Notes under the pieces: model-generated
The model's input: only the letters and a program-made list of their open reading frames with translations
Databases searched by the model: none
What the model was told of the DNA's origin: nothing
Position numbers and translations under genes: made by a program
Part shown: positions 59,364-64,000 of the stretch, piece by piece
Layout: every line of letters begins with the position of its first letter
Numbering within the stretch: position 1 is the first letter of the stretch
Assembly (NCBI GenBank): GCA_963705705.1
Contig: CAVPKK010000007.1
Location: 224,001-288,000 of the forward strand
Source of the DNA: an uncultured bacterium
GTDB lineage: Bacteria; Babelota; Babeliae; Babelales; JABCYS01
Direction of reading: 5' to 3'
DNA: 64,000 nucleotides

Positions 59364-59572
59364 GTTTCCCTTCCATTTTGGCCTTTAAATGCCCAGGAGG
59401 CGCTTGCCTTTGGGCCAAGGACTCTAGAATCCATTTGGTCCTCCAATTATCCATAATTGTTTCTTATAGTCAAAAGGCTAGGGGGCCAAAGGGATGCATT
59501 TTTAGGCCTTGATTTTTGACCAAAGCAGTACTGGGTAATAAGCCCTTTTTGGACAAATGGACGTGAATTTGG

Positions 59573-61363
59573 CTATCGGCCGCCCCCGCCGCCGCCACCG
59601 CCACCGCCGCCGGAAAAGCCGCGGCCGCCAGATCCTGATGAGCTGCCAGGTGCCCGTGTTGAGGAGGAAATTGCTGTAGTCAGCGATGAATGAAGCGATG
59701 AGCTGAAATCGTGCGAATAGAATCTGCCACGCCCCATATACCAGCCTGGCACATAGGCATGACCCTGGCGGGCAAGCTCGGCAAATACGCGGTCAAATTG
59801 CAGGGTCCACTGGGCATCAACCCCAAGCGCCATGGCGTAGGGAAGGTATTTTTCATAGAGCTCAGGGGTCTTGGTCGGCGGTGAACCGATGACCTTCATC
59901 CGCTCGGCCTCGACGGTGCTTAGATACATTTTAAAGCCTTCAATCTCATCCCGCAGCTTTTTCCCATCTGGCGAATAGATCTTAAACCAATGGCTAAAAA
60001 GGCTCACGCCGCAGCCGACAAGAATTAGGACTAAAACGTATAAAGCCGTCGTTTCGATGCCCATGAAATCCTGCTCATAATGCGGTAGCCAGAGCGAAAC
60101 GATACCAAACCCTAACGCAAGAAGAGCTGCAAAAAAACCAATCTGCATTGCCGGAGGAACGGGCAGATTAATAAGATAACGAGATAATCGGCTATTTTCC
60201 TGTGCGACATCAATAGCATTTTTTATAATGGCCCGGTTCGACTGCGTCATTTTTATGACATTGCCTTTGGAAAAAAGCGCACTCATCAACATGCCATCAT
60301 AGGATGATTGCCAGTGCGGATCAGCCGCGATCCATTCTTTAAGATCTTTCGTTGTGGTAAGGGTGTAATCAGATGATAAACCCCACAAACGCGTGGTGGT
60401 AGATATAGTGATATAGCCGGAAACTGCCAGATTAACAATGTCAGGCGCCAACATGGGATCAAGAAATTTCTTTTGCAGGAGCGCAGCAACTGCTGAGGGC
60501 ATCATTCCGGCCGGCGGATAAAAGCGAGGTATGATGGTGCCAGGCCTATCGGCTACAGACATCAAATGCCAGCAATGCAGATAAAAAATTCCCAACAGGC
60601 AAAGCACAAGAAAGATGAGTATTAATAATGCATTATCGGCGAAAAACCAATACAATTTAGTCGTCCACGATGGCTCAGTTACAACACCTTTGGGCCACGT
60701 TACGGCTATCGTAATGCCTTCTAGCGGGCGCAGCGGCTTTGTGGTTGCAAAGTAAATATAAGGTCCAAGGGCCCGATTGCCCTGAGTGTTTTGCGCAGCA
60801 AAATGTATCGAATGGGTGTAATTGGTCTCCTGCTCGCCGTAATATCCAGTATAGGCCTCTGCAGTAATATCCTTGTTTTCAATTCCAGCAGGAAGATGTA
60901 CCACTACTTCTGCTTTATCAATGGGCAAACGCCAACCGTTACCAGTTACATTCCAATATAGTTCGTCCTGATGTGAGAAAAAACCAAGTTGGCGATTAGT
61001 CGCATATTCAATGATATAGGTATGCTTTCCTGGCGTTAGTAAATTTTCACCGCCAATAAGCACCTTTTGCCCATTGCTGGCATGCTCAAGCTCGTATTCC
61101 GCAGGCACACCATCTTGAAGCACTTTCAGAATCTGAAACGATACAACGTAATTGCTGCCTAGGTGCCGGTAATGTGTAGGAAATTCGCGAATGATCCCAC
61201 GTCGAATAGCATTGCCTTCGCTGATAACCTGTATGGTTTCACGAACCAATAAGGTGGCATCCTTATTAATAGTTATATCACTATGGAATAAGGTGATTGC
61301 CTCGCGGGCGTACGCGAAAATTGTCCAAAAAGACAAGGCTAGGATTTTGATTTTGAAGTTCAT
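59573..61363 (-). CDS. DUF2207 membrane protein
   Basis: ELYWNVTG, YEKYLPYAMALGV, Gly-rich tail; downstream of lemA. Confidence 0.9.
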   Translation of the reverse strand: MNFKIKILALSFWTIFAYAREAITLFHSDITINKDATLLVRETIQVISEGNAIRRGIIREFPTHYRHLGSNYVVSFQILKVLQDGVPAEYELEHASNGQKVLIGGENLLTPGKHTYIIEYATNRQLGFFSHQDELYWNVTGNGWRLPIDKAEVVVHLPAGIENKDITAEAYTGYYGEQETNYTHSIHFAAQNTQGNRALGPYIYFATTKPLRPLEGITIAVTWPKGVVTEPSWTTKLYWFFADNALLILIFLVLCLLGIFYLHCWHLMSVADRPGTIIPRFYPPAGMMPSAVAALLQKKFLDPMLAPDIVNLAVSGYITISTTTRLWGLSSDYTLTTTKDLKEWIAADPHWQSSYDGMLMSALFSKGNVIKMTQSNRAIIKNAIDVAQENSRLSRYLINLPVPPAMQIGFFAALLALGFGIVSLWLPHYEQDFMGIETTALYVLVLILVGCGVSLFSHWFKIYSPDGKKLRDEIEGFKMYLSTVEAERMKVIGSPPTKTPELYEKYLPYAMALGVDAQWTLQFDRVFAELARQGHAYVPGWYMGRGRFYSHDFSSSLHSSLTTAISSSTRAPGSSSGSGGRGFSGGGGGGGGGGGR

Positions 61364-61365
61364 GT

Positions 61366-61932
61366 TTAAAATTGTACGGGCGGTACGTTACGTTCTTCTG
61401 ATGCATTAAGTTCGAAATAAGCAGCAGGCTGGAATCCGAAGGTACGCGCAATAATGGTGCTTGGGAATTGGACTGTAGCAACATTATAGTTACGCGCAGT
61501 ACCGTTGTAATAACGTCGGGCCATCTGCAATTCTTGTTCGATCAAGCTCATCTCTTTTTGCAGCATCAGAAAGTTTTCATTCGCTTTAAGCTCAGGATAA
61601 TTTTCAGCCACGGCAAAAAGTGTTTTGAGTGTTTGCGAAAGGCCAGCTTCGGCTACCGATTTTTGCTCTACATTTGATGCACCAATCGCAGCAGCTCGCA
61701 TACGGCCGAGCTCTTCAAAGATGCTTTTTTCATGAATGCTATACCCTTTAACCACGGTAACAAGCTGGGGTATTAAATCATAACGCCGCTTGAGCTGAAC
61801 ATCGATGCCACTCCAAGCTTCATTTAAAAGTGCCTTAAGTTGGACAAATCGATTATAAGATCCAATGGCCCAAAGTATTGTAAGGGCGAGAATAGCGATG
61901 GTGATAAGTGCAATTGTTGTAATAGTCGTCAT
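61366..61932 (-). CDS. lemA: LemA family protein
   Basis: IDVQLKRRYDLIP, AENYPELKANENF, ARRYYN. Confidence 0.96.
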   Translation of the reverse strand: MTTITTIALITIAILALTILWAIGSYNRFVQLKALLNEAWSGIDVQLKRRYDLIPQLVTVVKGYSIHEKSIFEELGRMRAAAIGASNVEQKSVAEAGLSQTLKTLFAVAENYPELKANENFLMLQKEMSLIEQELQMARRYYNGTARNYNVATVQFPSTIIARTFGFQPAAYFELNASEERNVPPVQF

Positions 61933-62056
61933 TTAATTCCTTGTAGCATTAGTGGTCAAGCGATCTCATTTTTACTCATCTGAGCTCTTGCGTCAAATAC
62001 AGCACTTGCTTGCCAAGAAGCCGCCGTTGGCTAAACTATTGCGCACTTATCGATAG

Positions 62057-62131
62057 GCCGATGTAGCTCAGCGGCAGAGCAACTGATTCGTAATCAGTAG
62101 GTCGCCAGTTCAATTCTGGCCATCGGCTCCA
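62057..62131 (+). tRNA. tRNA-Thr(CGT)
   Basis: GCCGATGTAGCTCAG...CTGAT-TCGTAA-TCAG...CATCGGCTCCA. Confidence 0.95.
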
Positions 62132-62143
62132 CTTATTAAAGAT

Positions 62144-62992
62144 CTATTCTTTTTCTTCATTTTTAACATCATCTGCTGATGTTGGAGAAGTCTTTGCTGG
62201 TGCAGGCAAAGCAGGAATTCTACGCCAAGCCAAAGCATCATTGACTAAATCTACATATCCTTTGGCTTTCTTTAGGACTGCCAACGTTGGCGGATATGCA
62301 TGATGCAAATCGAAAGCTTGGGTATAAAAATCCTTAGCAAAGCTGTGAATTGGCCCAATCTTGCCCGAAGCTCCAAAATGTTCCATGGCGCATTCTGCAT
62401 AGGCAATAATGGACATACATTGGAGTAAGCCATCATTAAAAAAATCTCTGTTGAGAGATTTTTTTATCTGGGTTAATTTTGCAAAAACCATCTTAGAAAA
62501 CTCTAAAGCACATGTATCGGCATCCTGACCTTTAAGGAACTGTCCATGAGAATCAGCTTGCAACATTGCACCTTCAAGTTCTGCTCTCAGTTCACCAGTT
62601 TTGGCCGAAATATAAGTTGCAAAATCCAAACCAAACTCTTTCAATATGTCGTCATATGTTCCTACAATGAGCACCCAACAGCGAGCGTCAAGTCCACGTC
62701 GTTTATGCAGAGGAACCCGCTGCAATGATATAGGAATAAAAAAAGGATTATCACTTATTATTACTCGGACATAACCCCAAGCTGCTGGCTCAGGAAAAAG
62801 GCTAGGCTGAGTTGCAACCTTCGGTTTTCCCAAGGGCTTCATACTAAAGATACCAGCAGTAGCGTCTGATCTTTCTTGGATAATGATACCATTGTCAGAA
62901 ACATCGCTCATTGGCACAGCAGAAGTTCCCTTGAGATGGGAAACAATTGCTAATACCATGATGAAAGATTTGATGAGATTTTTAATAAACAT
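62144..62992 (-). CDS. Secreted hypothetical protein
   Basis: 282 aa, signal-like N-terminus, AATGGAAGGAA leader. Confidence 0.7.
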   Translation of the reverse strand: MFIKNLIKSFIMVLAIVSHLKGTSAVPMSDVSDNGIIIQERSDATAGIFSMKPLGKPKVATQPSLFPEPAAWGYVRVIISDNPFFIPISLQRVPLHKRRGLDARCWVLIVGTYDDILKEFGLDFATYISAKTGELRAELEGAMLQADSHGQFLKGQDADTCALEFSKMVFAKLTQIKKSLNRDFFNDGLLQCMSIIAYAECAMEHFGASGKIGPIHSFAKDFYTQAFDLHHAYPPTLAVLKKAKGYVDLVNDALAWRRIPALPAPAKTSPTSADDVKNEEKE

Positions 62993-63124
62993 TAGATTCC
63001 TTCCATTTTTACCAAATCAAAAAGTCTGGCTGAAATTAGGGTACCGAATAGTTTTTTGGGATGCAAAAGCCCAGGGCCCTGGAAGGAAGGCCTCCAAAAA
63101 TAGGATCTAATGAATGCGTAATAT

Positions 63125-63469
63125 CTAGCCTTCGGCAGCTTCTTGGCAGGCAAGGCAGCGGGTGGCATTCGGGTATACAATCAGCCGTTTTTCTGAAATT
63201 GGTTGCGCGCAATCGATACATACACCATATTGGCCATTATCGATTTTCTTCAGCACATCAAGAATCATATTATATTCAGCCAATTCCTTATTTTGCAAGG
63301 TGCTGCGTAGCTCCTCCATTGTGGTAGCAAGTGCCTGGTCAATGGGATCTTGGACCTGATCATCCGAGAATTTTTCGTTATATAGACCTTCCAATTCTTC
63401 TTCAAGTTGGTGTTTGCGTTCGACAAGCTTAGCTTTGATTTGGATAAGCTCTTTTTGAGCAAGTTTCAT
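63125..63469 (-). CDS. dksA: DksA/TraR C4 zinc-finger protein
   Basis: DPIDQA coiled-coil tip, YGVCIDC...RL...CLACQ. Confidence 0.88.
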   Translation of the reverse strand: MKLAQKELIQIKAKLVERKHQLEEELEGLYNEKFSDDQVQDPIDQALATTMEELRSTLQNKELAEYNMILDVLKKIDNGQYGVCIDCAQPISEKRLIVYPNATRCLACQEAAEG

Positions 63470-63521
63470 GCCATCCTCTCCTTTTACCTTGCAGCGATCA
63501 ATGTGTGAACTCTAAATGAGC

Positions 63522-64000
63522 TCAGTTTACACGCTGATTTTTACGCTGCCGCCTAAAAAAAGTCTTCAACAATGTCGCTGCCTCTTCTGCTTCAATACCC
63601 TTGATGATGGCTGGCAAACGACCGCTATTGTATACCAATGGTTTTTCAGAATGTAAACCTTTTTTTGGATATGGTTGCGATGTTTCTTTTTTCCGCTCGC
63701 TACCTTCGACTGGCTCAGGGCGAGCGGACTCAATCTGGTTTTTCGCGATTCCCATTTTGCCATTTTCCTCTACGAAGGCAGCTAACGTTGAATATCCAAA
63801 TAATGGTGAATCCGCGCCGTATACAATACCATCTAACCGGCTTAGCACAGCCAAGTTGTAACACATTGCACATGGCTCCAATGTTACATACAACCAGCAA
63901 CCTTCCAGGCGCCAGTCGCCGATTTTCTTGCCGGCTTTTTCTATTGCGAGCACCTCGGCATGAGCAGCTTGCGTATGTTTGTGCTCAGTAAGATTGTGTG
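63522..64000 (-). CDS. tadA: tRNA adenosine deaminase (5' part outside the window) with an internal insertion
   Basis: Frame extends to the edge: HNLTEHKHTQAAHAEVLAI...WRL...YVTLEPCAMC...LLKTFF. Confidence 0.92.
   Translation of the reverse strand, partial: HNLTEHKHTQAAHAEVLAIEKAGKKIGDWRLEGCWLYVTLEPCAMCYNLAVLSRLDGIVYGADSPLFGYSTLAAFVEENGKMGIAKNQIESARPEPVEGSERKKETSQPYPKKGLHSEKPLVYNSGRLPAIIKGIEAEEAATLLKTFFRRQRKNQRVN
63692..63728 (+). repeat. REP-like element inside tadA
   Basis: TCCGCTCGCTACCTTCGACTGGCTCAGGGCGAGCGGA; encodes SARPEPVEGSER on the minus strand. Confidence 0.85.

Noticed and set aside
59573..59660. GC-rich CCG repeat as a DNA element
   Set aside because: It encodes the Gly-rich tail typical of DUF2207 proteins.

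Overview
Bacterial chromosomal segment. An ATP/ADP translocase, many signal-peptide-bearing orphan proteins with eukaryote-like domains and a Cys-rich envelope protein point to an intracellular parasite of protists, most like Ca. Dependentiae/Babelota (TM6); this is an inference. Housekeeping genes: uppP, ftsK, murF, rsmH, spoVG, HspR-like regulator, CCA enzyme, dsbD, hpf, der, dnaX, rpsB, lon, cmk, recJ, lysS, ctpA, sod, ftsB, rapZ, glmS, rpsI, lemA, dksA-like, tadA, four tRNAs and SRP RNA. Most interesting accessory content: (1) a ~16 kb co-oriented array (43.5-59.4 kb) of secreted proteins from two interleaved paralog families, one with a domain I do not recognise (preceded by an F-box-like motif in two members) and one with Sel1/TPR modules, sharing ATGGA leaders, NLS-like motifs and a swapped C-terminal tail; (2) an A-B-A-B array of membrane-anchored proteins, two with J-domains, next to the translocase; (3) a non-coding 89-90 bp tandem repeat upstream of a Josephin-like Cys-His-Asp protease candidate; (4) a small palindromic element family, also inserted inside recJ and tadA; (5) single genes flanked by duplicated terminators; (6) several single-base frameshifts, mostly in short homopolymers, that may be sequencing errors. 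No CRISPR, integrase, transposase or rRNA was found.
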